Source: Escherichia phage vB_EcoP_R4596
Direction: 5' to 3' (one strand)
DNA: 45,130 nt
Sequence record: MK373771.1
A program made the translations under genes and the position numbers. The first letter of the stretch is position 1; each line of letters starts with the position of its first letter. This document shows, piece after piece, positions 1-9,434 of the stretch. Below the pieces are notes generated by a model. It saw nothing but the letters and a program-made list of their open reading frames with translations, did no database searches and was not told the DNA's origin.

Positions 1-285
1 TCTCGCCCTCGCCCTCGCCGGGTTGTCCCCATAGGGTAGCCTGAGGGAATCCGTCTCCGACGGGCAGGGCTGATGTACTCTTTGTACTAGCTTAGTAGTA
101 CACAAGGGCTGGCCTTTTGTTTTGCCGTGTACTAGTAAGGTGGAACGCTGTAGACGGCCTAGGACGGCCTAGGGAATGGCTTAGTGGCGGACAAGGTGAT
201 TGCCTTAGTGAAGCCTCTTAGCGCATTCCTGAGGCCATTCAGGGCGTTTATGAGGTATTGACAGGGTGTGCGTGGGTGTGGGCTA
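1..285. repeat. Left direct terminal repeat
   Basis: Bases 1-285 are identical to 44846-45130 by direct reading; the window ends inside the repeat, so its true length may be greater. Confidence 0.9.
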
Positions 286-289
286 TCTG

Positions 290-480
290 TTCGTTTCGTT
301 CACTCCGCTTGCGCTACGTTCACTCGCTCACGTGTACCTTAGGTTATTACTTGATGGATAGCTTAGGTTAGCCTTAGTGGATTACCTTAGTTATAACCTT
401 AGTGCTTAACTTAGTATTAGCTTAGTAGTGTACCTTAGTCAGTCTTAGTTTCTTCTCTTAGTGGTTGCATAGCTAAAGCT
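290..480. repeat. Array of short CTTAGT/CCTTAGT-like repeats next to the terminal repeat
   Basis: More than 12 irregularly spaced copies of (A/G)CCTTAGT(G/T) read directly; T7-like genomes carry short repeat arrays beside the terminal repeat. Confidence 0.6.
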
Positions 481-659
481 ATAAGATGCTAATAGGTCGC
501 GGTCGGTAGACCGCTAAAGAAAGAGAACAGTAATAAGATGCAGTAGGAGGAACACCAGAAACCTAGCCAACCTAAGCTATCCTAGCTCTATATCTATTGC
601 TTTTCCTTAGTCTAACACGTTAGACAACCTATCTTATTCTTAGTGATGGTAACTTAGTG

Positions 660-688
660 TTGACAAGATAATCTTAGTGTAATACTAT
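660..688 (+). promoter_or_regulatory. Candidate host sigma70 early promoter
   Basis: TTGACA (660-665), 17-bp spacer, TACTAT (683-688); lies upstream of the first early ORFs as for T7 A promoters. Confidence 0.45.
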
Positions 689-831
689 GCATCACGTAGG
701 CGGTGCTGAGGCACCTAGTAGCCAGCTAGTAAGGCATACGAAGAGACTAGCGCTTACATTGCTCTTTAACAATTTGCTTAGTGTAACCTATGTATGCCGT
801 GGTTAATTACTTATTGAATGAGGGATTAACT

Positions 832-1011
832 ATGACATTAAACAACCGTGAACTGTCCGTTCTCTTCACTATGTTGTGCTACATGATTCGTAACAACGAA
901 TTACTTACAGACGATGAGTTAGCCTTGTATCACCGCTTTCTTAACGAAGGTTGGACCGATACAGTTAATCAATACCGTAACATGATAGATGAGTTGAGGG
1001 AGGGTAAATAA
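832..1011 (+). CDS. Hypothetical early protein (59 aa from ATG 832; ORF track starts at 790)
   Basis: ORF with GAGGGA Shine-Dalgarno 6 nt upstream of ATG 832; no recognizable motif. Confidence 0.45.
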   Translation: MTLNNRELSVLFTMLCYMIRNNELLTDDELALYHRFLNEGWTDTVNQYRNMIDELREGK

Positions 1012-1235
1012 TGTATCAACATGAGGTATTCTTTGAATCAGCTAGCGAAGCTATTCGCTTCCGTGATGATATGATGCAAGCTGGTGTAGGCGTTGATGTG
1101 TATCACTATTTGATAGATTACGACACTGAATATCACCGAGTTACCTTAGTATCTGAGTATGACAACCAAGTCATTACTGAGTATCTAGGTAGTGAAGATT
1201 ATGATTACGATGAAGTAATCACGACAAATCTCTAA
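1011..1235 (+). CDS. Hypothetical acidic early protein (74 aa)
   Basis: ORF with strong GAGGGAGGG Shine-Dalgarno; start overlaps upstream stop (TAATG); Asp/Glu/Tyr-rich C-terminus. Confidence 0.5.
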   Translation: MYQHEVFFESASEAIRFRDDMMQAGVGVDVYHYLIDYDTEYHRVTLVSEYDNQVITEYLGSEDYDYDEVITTNL

Positions 1236-1243
1236 ATTAACTA

Positions 1244-1272
1244 TTGACAGCCACGGCATACAAGGTTACATT
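1244..1272 (+). promoter_or_regulatory. Candidate host sigma70 early promoter
   Basis: TTGACA (1244-1249), 17-bp spacer, TACATT (1267-1272). Confidence 0.4.
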
Positions 1273-1353
1273 AAGCACATAGCCGATAGGCAACGCTCTT
1301 TAACAATCTGGTTTGTGTCTTGATAGGCTAACTAACTAACTAAGGTAATTATT

Positions 1354-1464
1354 ATGAAAGGTTTAATTTGTGTAGAACGTATGGTCAATGGTAAACTTGA
1401 AATATTACCACTGGAAAACCAATCTAGCTTCAAAGAGTGGTATGGCTGTTTCTCACTGATTTAA
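1354..1464 (+). CDS. Small hypothetical early ORF (36 aa)
   Basis: ATG 1354 follows the CTAACTAACTAACTAA three-frame stop element and a weak AAGGT ribosome-binding site. Confidence 0.3.
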   Translation: MKGLICVERMVNGKLEILPLENQSSFKEWYGCFSLI

Positions 1465-1615
1465 GGTAAAGGCTGGCACTAGTCAGCCTATCAAGGCGCA
1501 AACCAAGCTCTTTAACAATTTGGATGGTAGCTTCTTAGTCTGGATAGGTTAAACCTAGGAGATTCTCTTGAGTCTCCTATAATGTAACCTAACTAACTAA
1601 ATGAGGATTAATAAC

Positions 1616-1975
1616 ATGGCTATGTCTAATATGACTTACTCTCAGGTTTACAACACCGCTCATGCTGCATTAGTTGAACGTATCTGGAATGATGATATTG
1701 ATTGTATCGATAACGCACATGATGCAATCCATGAGGTAGCGGACAGTGCTGTACCAATCTATTATGCTGACATCTTCTCAGTAATGGCGAGTGAGGGTAT
1801 TGATCACTTCTTCGAAGACTCCGGCCTGATGCCAGATACTAAGGATGTAACGGTCGTACTACAAGCCCGTATTTATGAACAACTCACCATTGATTTATGG
1901 GAACGTGTTCAAGATATGATTGTTGCGTACACCAATTACGCTGAGGATTCAGAAGAAGAAGAAGAGGAAGAATAA
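1616..1975 (+). CDS. ocr: Ocr-like DNA-mimic anti-restriction protein (T7 gp0.3 homolog, 119 aa)
   Basis: Translation MAMSNMTY...[44 protein letters not shown]...[15 protein letters not shown] plus poly-Glu tail matches T7 Ocr as recalled; GAGGA Shine-Dalgarno 8 nt before ATG 1616. Confidence 0.85.
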   Translation: MAMSNMTYSQVYNTAHAALVERIWNDDIDCIDNAHDAIHEVADSAVPIYYADIFSVMASEGIDHFFEDSGLMPDTKDVTVVLQARIYEQLTIDLWERVQDMIVAYTNYAEDSEEEEEEE

Positions 1976-1977
1976 GG

Positions 1978-2091
1978 ATGGAAAAGCAATATAACTTTAT
2001 CTTTTCAGACGGTGTGACCCTGAAGTGTTCCCTGCGTTTCGCACAGATTCGCGAGGAAGTGCTAGGAACTACATACAAACTATTTAGCTGA
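1978..2091 (+). CDS. Small hypothetical ORF (37 aa)
   Basis: ATG immediately after the ocr stop, GAGGAAG upstream; no recognizable motif. Confidence 0.3.
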   Translation: MEKQYNFIFSDGVTLKCSLRFAQIREEVLGTTYKLFS

Positions 2092-2106
2092 CACTATAAG
2101 AGAGAG
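2081..2106 (+). promoter_or_regulatory. Divergent phage-RNAP promoter-like sequence
   Basis: TATTTAGCTGACACTATAAGAGAG resembles the ATTTACTGGACACTATAGAAG consensus but differs at the start site; followed by a 5' hairpin GGGCGCTCT-TGCG-AGAGTGCCC. Confidence 0.35.
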
Positions 2107-2166
2107 GGTTTAACAGGGCGCTCTTGCGAGAGTGCCCGATTAAATCAACTTAACGAGATATTAAAT

Positions 2167-2343
2167 ATGAAATACATACTGATTGCTATGTTTTCTGGCT
2201 TCATTGGCTATGCTGGTGCTTCTTATGACAACTACAGAAGTAAGCAATTGGCTGCTGAAAAGTGGGATAAAACCTATTTTGCTTGTATGAAACAAGGTAA
2301 TTTGATGCAAGATTGCATACTTAAAGCGCACAGCGAAGAGTGA
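2167..2343 (+). CDS. Small protein with hydrophobic signal-peptide-like N-terminus (58 aa)
   Basis: ORF MKYILIAMFSGFIGYAGASYD...; weak ribosome-binding site. Confidence 0.35.
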   Translation: MKYILIAMFSGFIGYAGASYDNYRSKQLAAEKWDKTYFACMKQGNLMQDCILKAHSEE

Positions 2344-2407
2344 TGAGCCTATAGCCTACTTAAGTGGGCTATGTGAACACCATTCATTAACTCAAAAGGT
2401 GACTATT

Positions 2408-3331
2408 ATGACTACTGAAAACACCCTCCTGTCTGTTCGTGAAGCTGCAACCGCTGAGATCAAGCAACACTTAGACAATATCGGCACTTCTTACATCAAA
2501 GTTGGCGCTTGTCTTAATGAGTTACGCGGTGACTTTGAAGGTCAAAAAGACTTTTTGGCTTATGTAGAATCAGAATTTGGAATCAAGAAAGCACAATGTT
2601 ACAAGCTGATGAGTGTAGCCCGTGTCTTTGAAGGCGATGATCGCTTTAAAGGCGTGGCGATGCGTGTAATGCTGGCACTTGTTCCTTTCGCTGATGAAAA
2701 TATCATCATGGAGAAAGCCGCAGAACTTGCCGCAGCGGGCAAGCTGGACACTAATGCCGTAAATGCCCTGATTGATCCTAAGAAAGAGACAAAGGCCGAG
2801 ACGGTACAATCTAAGGCTGAGGCGGTAAAACCGCAGGAGAATGCGACTGAGGCCGCAGAAACTATGCAAGGACATGCGACCTTTGAGGATTTCATCTTAG
2901 AGAAGGCGAAAGAGGAATTACAAAGTGTGCCGCCAGTAAGTGAGTCGGGTAACGACGAATCCGCACCGTGGGAAGATGAAAGCAAGCCGGAAGCGCCAAA
3001 GGCCGCGCCACTGGATAACACGGCTAACACGGAGAACGCCGCTATGTCTGGCCTACTGGCACAAATTAAGGCACTGACTGAGCAATTACAGGCAGCTAAC
3101 GACCGCATCGCCGCCCTAACCAGTGCACGGGAAAGTAAGAAAGCGGCTGCGCCTATGCTTCCGCAGTTTAAATCCTCTTGCTTCTACGCTCGCTTAGGCT
3201 TGAGCGCCGAGGAAGCAACGAAGAAAACAGCAGTGAATAAGGCACGCCGTGAACTGGTTAAACTAGGGTATGGTGAAGGTCATGAGGCATGGCCTTTGAT
3301 CTCTGAGGCAGTAGAAGAATTAACTAAGTAA
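2408..3331 (+). CDS. Hypothetical early protein (307 aa) with low-complexity acidic/Ala-rich centre and coiled-coil C-terminal region
   Basis: Long ORF; AAGGTGA Shine-Dalgarno before ATG 2408 (track begins at GTG 2399); no kinase or other motif recognized. Confidence 0.6.
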   Translation: MTTENTLLSVREAATAEIKQHLDNIGTSYIKVGACLNELRGDFEGQKDFLAYVESEFGIKKAQCYKLMSVARVFEGDDRFKGVAMRVMLALVPFADENIIMEKAAELAAAGKLDTNAVNALIDPKKETKAETVQSKAEAVKPQENATEAAETMQGHATFEDFILEKAKEELQSVPPVSESGNDESAPWEDESKPEAPKAAPLDNTANTENAAMSGLLAQIKALTEQLQAANDRIAALTSARESKKAAAPMLPQFKSSCFYARLGLSAEEATKKTAVNKARRELVKLGYGEGHEAWPLISEAVEELTK

Positions 3332-3394
3332 CCTTATCGGTGGCATCTTCTTAGGTGTCACCTATTAAGGTTTCTTTCACTAGGAGTAAACAAG

Positions 3395-6022
3395 ATGCAA
3401 GATCTACACGCTATTCAGCTTCAGCTTGAGGAAGAAATGTTTAACGGCGGTATTCGTCGCTTTGAAGCAGACCAACAACGCCAGATTGCATCAGGTAATG
3501 AATCCGATACGGCATGGAATCGTCGCCTGTTGTCGGAGCTTATCGCACCTATGGCGGAAGGTATTCAGGCTTATAAGGAAGCCTACGAAGGCAAGAAAGG
3601 ACGCGCACCGCGTGCACTGGCCTTCATTAACTGCGTAGAGAACGAAGTGGCAGCATATATCACGATGAAGATCGTAATGGATATGCTTAACACAGATGTA
3701 ACCTTGCAAGCCATAGCAATGAATGTAGCTGATCGCATCGAAGATCAAGTACGCTTCAGCAAGCTGGAAGGCCACGCCGCCAAATACTTTGAAAAAGTTA
3801 AGAAGTCACTCAAGGCAAGTAAGACTAAATCATATCGCCATGCGCACAACGTAGCGGTAGTGGCTGAGAAGTCAGTAGCTGACCGTGACACTGATTTCTC
3901 CCGCTGGGAGGCGTGGCCTAAAGATACCTTACTGCAAATCGGTATGACCTTGCTAGAAATACTGGAGAATAGCGTATTCTTCAATGGTCAACCTGTCTTC
4001 CTCCGCACCTTGCGCACTAATGGTGGCAAGCATGGTGTTTACTACTTACAGACCAGTGAGCACGTAGGGGAGTGGATTACAGCATTTAAAGAACATGTAG
4101 CGCAACTTAGTCCGGCCTATGCACCTTGCGTCATTCCTCCGCGCCCTTGGGTGTCCCCTTTTAATGGTGGGTTTCATACTGAGAAGGTGGCAAGTCGCAT
4201 CCGTTTGGTAAAAGGCAACCGTGAGCACGTCCGTAAGCTGACCAAAAAGCAAATGCCAGCAGTTTATAAGGCTGTTAATGCTTTACAGGCCACTAAGTGG
4301 CAAGTTAACAAAGAAGTTTTGCAGGTAGTAGAAGACGTTATCCGTCTCGACCTTGGTTATGGTGTACCTTCCTTTAAACCACTCATCGACCGCGAGAACA
4401 AGCCGGCTAACCCAGTGCCGTTAGAATTTCAACACTTGCGAGGCCGCGAACTGAAGGAAATGTTAACGCCGGAACAATGGCAAGCCTTCATCAACTGGAA
4501 AGGTGAATGCACCAAGCTGTATACCGCTGAGACTAAGCGCGGAAGTAAGTCGGCGGCAACCGTTCGCATGGTAGGACAAGCGCGCAAATACAGCCAGTTT
4601 GATGCGATTTATTTCGTGTATGCACTGGATAGCCGCTCACGCGTTTATGCGCAATCTAGCACACTCTCACCGCAATCAAACGACCTAGGCAAGGCGTTAC
4701 TGCGTTTTACCGAAGGGCAGCCGCTAAATAGCTCTGAGGCGCTTAAATGGTTTTTGGTGAACGGGGCGAATAACTGGGGTTGGGATAAGAAGACTTTCGA
4801 CGTGCGCACCGCTAACGTACTGGACGGCGAGTTTCAAGATATGTGCCGCGACATTGCAGCGGATCCTCTGACCTTTACTCAATGGGTAAATGCCGATTCA
4901 CCTTATGGATTCCTTGCATGGTGCTTTGAGTATGCTCGTTATTTGGATGCACTGGATGAAGGAACACAAGATCAGTTTGTGACGCATTTACCTGTTCATC
5001 AAGATGGTAGCTGTTCTGGCATCCAGCACTACAGTGCTATGCTACGCGACGAAGTGGGTGCGAAGGCGGTAAACCTTAAACCATCCGACTCGCCTCAAGA
5101 TATTTATGGAGCGGTTGCGCAGGTTGTTATCCAGAAGAACTACGCCTACATGAATGCAGATGATACAGAAACTTTCACATCTGGAAGCGTAACACTTACA
5201 GGTGCAGAACTGCGTAGCATGGCTAGTGCATGGGATATGATAGGTATCACTCGCGGCTTAACCAAAAAGCCGGTAATGACCTTGCCTTACGGATCCACAC
5301 GCTTAACCTGCCGTGAGTCAGTGATTGATTATATCGTTGATTTGGAAGAAAAAGAGGCACAAAGGGCTATTGCAGAAGGGCGGACGGCTAATCCGGTGCA
5401 CCCTTTTGACAATGACCGGAAAGACTATTTAACACCGGGTGCAGCTTACAACTATATGACGGCGTTAATTTGGCCTTCTATCTCTGAGGTTGTTAAAGCC
5501 CCTATAGTGGCAATGAAAATGATTCGCCAGCTTGCACGTTTCGCAGCTAAAAGGGATGAAGGATTAGAATACACCTTGCCAACTGGCTTCATCCTGCAAC
5601 AAAAGATAATGGCTACCGATATGCTTCGTGTATCCACTTGCTTGATGGGTGAAATCAAGATGAGTCTACAAATTGAAACGGATGTAGTGGATGAAACGGC
5701 AATGATGGGCGCTGCCGCTCCTAACTTTGTTCACGGTCACGATGCTAGTCACCTTATATTAACGGTATGTGACCTAGTGGATAAAGGTATTACCTCCATT
5801 GCAGTTATCCATGACTCTTTCGGTACTCATGCAGGCCGCACCGCAGACCTGCGGGATAGCTTAAGGGCAGAAATGGTGAAGATGTATCAAGGCCGTAACG
5901 CTTTACAACAATTGCTTGATGAGCATGAAGAGCGTTGGCTAGTAGATACTGGCATCCAAGTGCCAGAGCAAGGGGAGTTTAACCTTGAAGAGATATTAGT
6001 TTCTGACTATTGCTTCGCATAA
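3395..6022 (+). CDS. Single-subunit DNA-dependent RNA polymerase (T7 gp1-like, 875 aa)
   Basis: Motifs [38 protein letters not shown] and C-terminal ...DYCFA match the T7/SP6 RNAP family; GGAG ribosome-binding site. Confidence 0.97.
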   Translation: MQDLHAIQLQLEEEMFNGGIRRFEADQQRQIASGNESDTAWNRRLLSELIAPMAEGIQAYKEAYEGKKGRAPRALAFINCVENEVAAYITMKIVMDMLNTDVTLQAIAMNVADRIEDQVRFSKLEGHAAKYFEKVKKSLKASKTKSYRHAHNVAVVAEKSVADRDTDFSRWEAWPKDTLLQIGMTLLEILENSVFFNGQPVFLRTLRTNGGKHGVYYLQTSEHVGEWITAFKEHVAQLSPAYAPCVIPPRPWVSPFNGGFHTEKVASRIRLVKGNREHVRKLTKKQMPAVYKAVNALQATKWQVNKEVLQVVEDVIRLDLGYGVPSFKPLIDRENKPANPVPLEFQHLRGRELKEMLTPEQWQAFINWKGECTKLYTAETKRGSKSAATVRMVGQARKYSQFDAIYFVYALDSRSRVYAQSSTLSPQSNDLGKALLRFTEGQPLNSSEALKWFLVNGANNWGWDKKTFDVRTANVLDGEFQDMCRDIAADPLTFTQWVNADSPYGFLAWCFEYARYLDALDEGTQDQFVTHLPVHQDGSCSGIQHYSAMLRDEVGAKAVNLKPSDSPQDIYGAVAQVVIQKNYAYMNADDTETFTSGSVTLTGAELRSMASAWDMIGITRGLTKKPVMTLPYGSTRLTCRESVIDYIVDLEEKEAQRAIAEGRTANPVHPFDNDRKDYLTPGAAYNYMTALIWPSISEVVKAPIVAMKMIRQLARFAAKRDEGLEYTLPTGFILQQKIMATDMLRVSTCLMGEIKMSLQIETDVVDETAMMGAAAPNFVHGHDASHLILTVCDLVDKGITSIAVIHDSFGTHAGRTADLRDSLRAEMVKMYQGRNALQQLLDEHEERWLVDTGIQVPEQGEFNLEEILVSDYCFA

Positions 6023-6030
6023 TATTGATA

Positions 6031-6060
6031 GGCCATTCCTTCGGGAGTGGCCTTTTCTTT
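6031..6060 (+). terminator. Stem-loop terminator after the RNAP gene
   Basis: GGCCATTCC-TTCG-GGAGTGGCC followed by TTTTCTTT. Confidence 0.55.
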
Positions 6061-6095
6061 ACCTATTACCTGTAACATTTCATTAACATAAACGT

Positions 6096-6111
6096 GTCTC
6101 ACATGTGAGAC
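6096..6111. repeat. 16-bp perfect palindrome GTCTCACATGTGAGAC (copy a)
   Basis: Read directly; immediately 5' of the promoter at 6113. Confidence 0.9.
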
Positions 6112-6112
6112 T

Positions 6113-6135
6113 TATTTACCGGACACTATAGGAGA
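6113..6135 (+). promoter_or_regulatory. Phage-RNAP promoter
   Basis: TTTACCGGACACTATAGGAGAG; matches the window consensus. Confidence 0.7.
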
Positions 6136-6278
6136 GCCGTCGGAGACGGGAAAGAGAAGGGAAGATAAAGGATATAAAGGAAGTAATAGGTATTAAAGGT
6201 TATATAGGTTTACCTAGGAATACCTATTACCTTCTTCCTTCCTCTTATTACCACTTAGAGGAAGGGCAGATCTAGGTT

Positions 6279-6294
6279 GTCTCACATGTGAGAC
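6279..6294. repeat. 16-bp perfect palindrome GTCTCACATGTGAGAC (copy b)
   Basis: Read directly; immediately 5' of the promoter-like sequence at 6299. Confidence 0.9.
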
Positions 6295-6298
6295 TTCG

Positions 6299-6321
6299 TA
6301 TTTACCGGACAGTATAGATAA
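6299..6321 (+). promoter_or_regulatory. Phage-RNAP promoter-like sequence (variant CAGTATAG)
   Basis: TATTTACCGGACAGTATAGATAAG; one substitution in the conserved CACTATAG core. Confidence 0.45.
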
Positions 6322-6347
6322 GACTAACTTACTTTGGAGATTTAACT

Positions 6348-6476
6348 ATGCGTAACCTAGAAAAGATTACCCGTAAAACTAAGCGTTTCGACATGGAAGA
6401 AGGGCAGACTAAAGGCAAGAAGCTGAATAAACCTGTCCGTGACCGTGCATCTAAACGCGCTGCGTGGGAGTTCTAA
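6348..6476 (+). CDS. Small basic protein (42 aa)
   Basis: GGAGA ribosome-binding site; Lys/Arg-rich translation MRNLEKITRKTKRF... Confidence 0.4.
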   Translation: MRNLEKITRKTKRFDMEEGQTKGKKLNKPVRDRASKRAAWEF

Positions 6477-6479
6477 GTT

Positions 6480-8468
6480 ATGGCTATTATTCAGAATGTA
6501 CCGTGTCCTGCCTGTCAAAAGAATGGACATGATATTACTGGCAACCATCTTATGATATTTGAGGATGGCGCTGGTTACTGTAATCGTGGTCACTTCCATG
6601 ATAACGGTAAGCCTTACTATCATAAGCCAGAGGGCGGCATCGAGATAACCGAATTGCCCATTACTGGCAATATCAAATACACACCTTCTCAATTCAAAGA
6701 AATGGAGAAGGAAGGGAAGATAAGCGACCCTAAGCTACGCGCCATCGCACTAGGTGGTATGCGTATGAAAGACCGTTGGGAGGTCATGAATGAGCAAGAA
6801 AGGGCAGAGCAAGAAGCAGAGTGGAAACTTGATGTTGAATGGTTCCTCACGCTTAAGCGTAAGAATCTTGTTTCCCGACACATTCGCGGCGACATTTGCG
6901 CATTGTATGATGTACGTGTCGGACATGATGAAGAGGGTAGAGTCTCACGGCATTACTATCCACGCTTCGAGAAAGGTGAACTAGTAGGCGCTAAGTGTCG
7001 CACATTACCTAAAGACTTTAAGTTTGGTCATTTAGGTAAACTATTTGGTATGCAAGATCTTTTCGGTATGAACACTTTGTCTCACGTGTTAGACAAGGGG
7101 AGACGAAAGGATTGCTTGCTTATTGTAGGCGGTGAACTTGATGCACTAGCAGCGCAGCAGATGCTCCTTGATTCTGCCAAAGGTACTAAGTGGGAAGGTC
7201 AGCCATACCATGTATGGTCTGTCAATAAAGGTGAGTCTTGCCTTGAAGAGATAGTGCAAAACCGTGAGCACATATCCCAATTCAAGAAGATTATATGGGG
7301 CTTTGATGGCGACGAGGTGGGGCAGAAGCAGAACCAACAAGCTGCTCGCCTGTTTCCTGGCAAATCCTACATCCTCGAATATCCATCTGGTTGCAAAGAT
7401 GCTAACAAGGCATTGATGGCTGGCAAGGCTAAAGAGTTTGTAGATGCATGGTTTAATGCCAAGTCATCTGATGAAGTCTTTGGTAGCCAGATTAAATCTA
7501 TCGCATCTCAAAGGGATAAGCTCAAGGCTGCACGTCCAGAACAAGGGCTGTCATGGCCTTGGCCTAAGCTAAACAAGGTAACGCTGGGTATCCGTAAGAA
7601 TCAGCTTATCATTGTAGGCGCAGGCTCTGGTGTGGGTAAGACTGAGTTCCTCCGTGAAGTAGTTAAGCATCTCATTGAAGAACACGGTGAATCTGTAGGC
7701 ATCATTTCTACAGAAGACCCGATGGTTAAGGTGTCCCGTGCTTTTATCGGTAAGTGGATTGATAAGCGTATTGAGCTACCGCCAACCAATGACCCGAAAG
7801 AAGATGGATACCGTGAGGTGTTCGACTATACCGAGGAAGAGGCTAACGCTGCCATTGACTATGTAGCTGATACAGGGAAGCTGTTTGTGGCTGACCTAGA
7901 GGGTGACTATTCAATGGAGAAGGTAGAGCAGACCTGCCTTGAGTTTGAGGCTATGGGTATTTCCAATATCATCATTGATAACTTAACGGGGATTAAATTA
8001 GATGAGCGTGCTTTTGGTGGGAAGGTTGGTGCACTTGATGAATGCGTCAAGCGGATTGGTACTATCAAAGACCGACACCCAGTTACTATATTCCTTGTAT
8101 CACACCTTACACGTCCTCCGGCAAACCGTACCCAACACGAAGAAGGTGGCGAAGTTATCCTTTCTGACTTCCGAGGCTCAGGAGCTATCGGATTCTGGGC
8201 ATCTTACGCCTTGGGCATCGAAAGGAACACGAGGGCAGAGACACTAGATGAGCGAACTACTACCTATATTTCCTGTGTTAAAGATAGGGATCAAGGGATT
8301 TACTCTGGTACTAAGATTATGCTTAAGGGTGACATCGCTACGGGCCGACTGCTAGAACCACAAGCCCGTACTAAGTCATTTGATACAGGTGAAGCAAGGC
8401 AACAAGAAGTACCTGATTTACCGGACACTATAGAAGAGACAACCTTTGACGATGAACAGGAGTTTTAA
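6480..8468 (+). CDS. DNA primase/helicase (T7 gp4-like, 662 aa)
   Basis: N-terminal Cys4 zinc motif CPACQ...CNRGH, Walker A GAGSGVGKTE, acidic C-terminal tail ending DDEQEF. Confidence 0.93.
   Translation: MAIIQNVPCPACQKNGHDITGNHLMIFEDGAGYCNRGHFHDNGKPYYHKPEGGIEITELPITGNIKYTPSQFKEMEKEGKISDPKLRAIALGGMRMKDRWEVMNEQERAEQEAEWKLDVEWFLTLKRKNLVSRHIRGDICALYDVRVGHDEEGRVSRHYYPRFEKGELVGAKCRTLPKDFKFGHLGKLFGMQDLFGMNTLSHVLDKGRRKDCLLIVGGELDALAAQQMLLDSAKGTKWEGQPYHVWSVNKGESCLEEIVQNREHISQFKKIIWGFDGDEVGQKQNQQAARLFPGKSYILEYPSGCKDANKALMAGKAKEFVDAWFNAKSSDEVFGSQIKSIASQRDKLKAARPEQGLSWPWPKLNKVTLGIRKNQLIIVGAGSGVGKTEFLREVVKHLIEEHGESVGIISTEDPMVKVSRAFIGKWIDKRIELPPTNDPKEDGYREVFDYTEEEANAAIDYVADTGKLFVADLEGDYSMEKVEQTCLEFEAMGISNIIIDNLTGIKLDERAFGGKVGALDECVKRIGTIKDRHPVTIFLVSHLTRPPANRTQHEEGGEVILSDFRGSGAIGFWASYALGIERNTRAETLDERTTTYISCVKDRDQGIYSGTKIMLKGDIATGRLLEPQARTKSFDTGEARQQEVPDLPDTIEETTFDDEQEF
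8415..8438 (+). promoter_or_regulatory. Phage-RNAP promoter inside the 3' end of the primase/helicase gene
   Basis: GATTTACCGGACACTATAGAAGAG. Confidence 0.65.
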
Positions 8469-8629
8469 TGGAAATTATTAAACCAGTATTGAATATCGGT
8501 ATTGAGATCCTATTCATGCTTGTGATCGCAGATTATGCTGCACGATATGGATTCAAGAAAGCTGTGAAACTTATCGTTGCATCTGGTTTTCTTATGTCAA
8601 TGTTCTTTATTGTAACACGTCTTATCTAG
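8468..8629 (+). CDS. Small hydrophobic membrane protein (53 aa)
   Basis: ATG overlaps the primase stop (TAATG); translation MEIIKPVLNIGIEILFMLVIADYAA... is hydrophobic. Confidence 0.4.
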   Translation: MEIIKPVLNIGIEILFMLVIADYAARYGFKKAVKLIVASGFLMSMFFIVTRLI

Positions 8630-8646
8630 TGTATTTATCAGGGCTT

Positions 8647-8662
8647 GTCTCACATGTGAGAC
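8647..8662. repeat. 16-bp perfect palindrome GTCTCACATGTGAGAC (copy c)
   Basis: Read directly; flanks extend the potential stem to about 12 bp. Confidence 0.9.
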
Positions 8663-8701
8663 AGGCTCTTATTAAGTACATTAAATAACTGGAGATTGAT
8701 T

Positions 8702-9424
8702 ATGTATAAATTAGTATTGAATGCAGGTGATTATGTTCGTAACATCAATGAAGCCTCACGTCGTTATCGTTGCCGTGGTGTGGTTAGCTATGTAAGTGAG
8801 AACATGTACCATGTGGAGTACAGCAACGGCATTAAACAATCTTATCATAAGAAGTTAGCACATAACTACCTTGAGAAGATTGGCGAGACAAGCAATCAAT
8901 GCAAGTGTGTACATGATGAGGTTTGCGATAAGTGCAAACGTCAGGCAATTAAAGCCTTTACCTTTGCGCAACGTTATGGTTCTATGTATGGTGCTGGTCA
9001 CAAGACCGTTGCAGAAGCAGCTTGGAAGACATTACAGTTTGAGCATTCAAATGGACGACGCACCACAATTAAGAAAGAGCGCCGCAATGTCATCACTGGT
9101 AAGACTCAAAGTGAGATGATTAAGCAATGTGGCACTGCATTAGGTGTTACACAGTTCAATACACGTGCTCTAGGTAAATCTACAGGACAAGCTATGTTTA
9201 AGATTGGTGAAGCCATGATGCATCCAAATGTACCTGTGCGAATCATGGATGTTGACCATGCAATCACAGAGCACGGCACACCACGACGTGTAGTTAATAA
9301 GCATTTTGCAGACACTATAGAAGGTATTATCCTTAAGCAAGGTTTAAAGGGTCTTCATATCTTAAACGGTGAAGAGTTGCTGTACCTCCCTATTGTTACT
9401 GAAGAAACCTACGTGAATATCTAA
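8702..9424 (+). CDS. Hypothetical protein with Cys cluster CKCVHDEVCDKCK (241 aa)
   Basis: GGAGA Shine-Dalgarno 6 nt before ATG 8702; no family recognized. Confidence 0.6.
   Translation: MYKLVLNAGDYVRNINEASRRYRCRGVVSYVSENMYHVEYSNGIKQSYHKKLAHNYLEKIGETSNQCKCVHDEVCDKCKRQAIKAFTFAQRYGSMYGAGHKTVAEAAWKTLQFEHSNGRRTTIKKERRNVITGKTQSEMIKQCGTALGVTQFNTRALGKSTGQAMFKIGEAMMHPNVPVRIMDVDHAITEHGTPRRVVNKHFADTIEGIILKQGLKGLHILNGEELLYLPIVTEETYVNI
9303..9326 (+). promoter_or_regulatory. Candidate intragenic phage-RNAP promoter
   Basis: ATTTTGCAGACACTATAGAAGG; the 14-nt core GACACTATAGAAGG is identical to the consensus. Confidence 0.4.
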
Positions 9425-9434
9425 GGAGTTAATC

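Noticed and set aside
258-290. TTGACA at 258 inside the terminal repeat as a host promoter
   Set aside because: No plausible -10 hexamer at correct spacing (GGCTAT only).
290-480. Possible CRISPR array from the CTTAGT repeats
   Set aside because: Repeats are 6-9 bp, irregularly spaced and lack the repeat-spacer periodicity of CRISPR; they fit T7-like terminal short repeats.
1546-1583. TATAAT hexamer at 1578-1583 as a host promoter
   Set aside because: No acceptable -35 element at 16-18 bp spacing; it more likely belongs to the structured insertion in the repeated intergenic cassette.
2599-3108. Minus-strand ORFs in the track (for example 2599-3108, 13756-14361, 21758-22075, 22949-23353)
   Set aside because: All lie antisense inside well-supported + strand genes, lack ribosome-binding sites and fit no T7-like gene; the genome is transcribed left to right.
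7078-7099. Degenerate palindrome TTGTCTCACGTGTTAGACAA inside the primase gene
   Set aside because: Imperfect, with an inserted base breaking the symmetry, and within coding sequence; treated as chance similarity.
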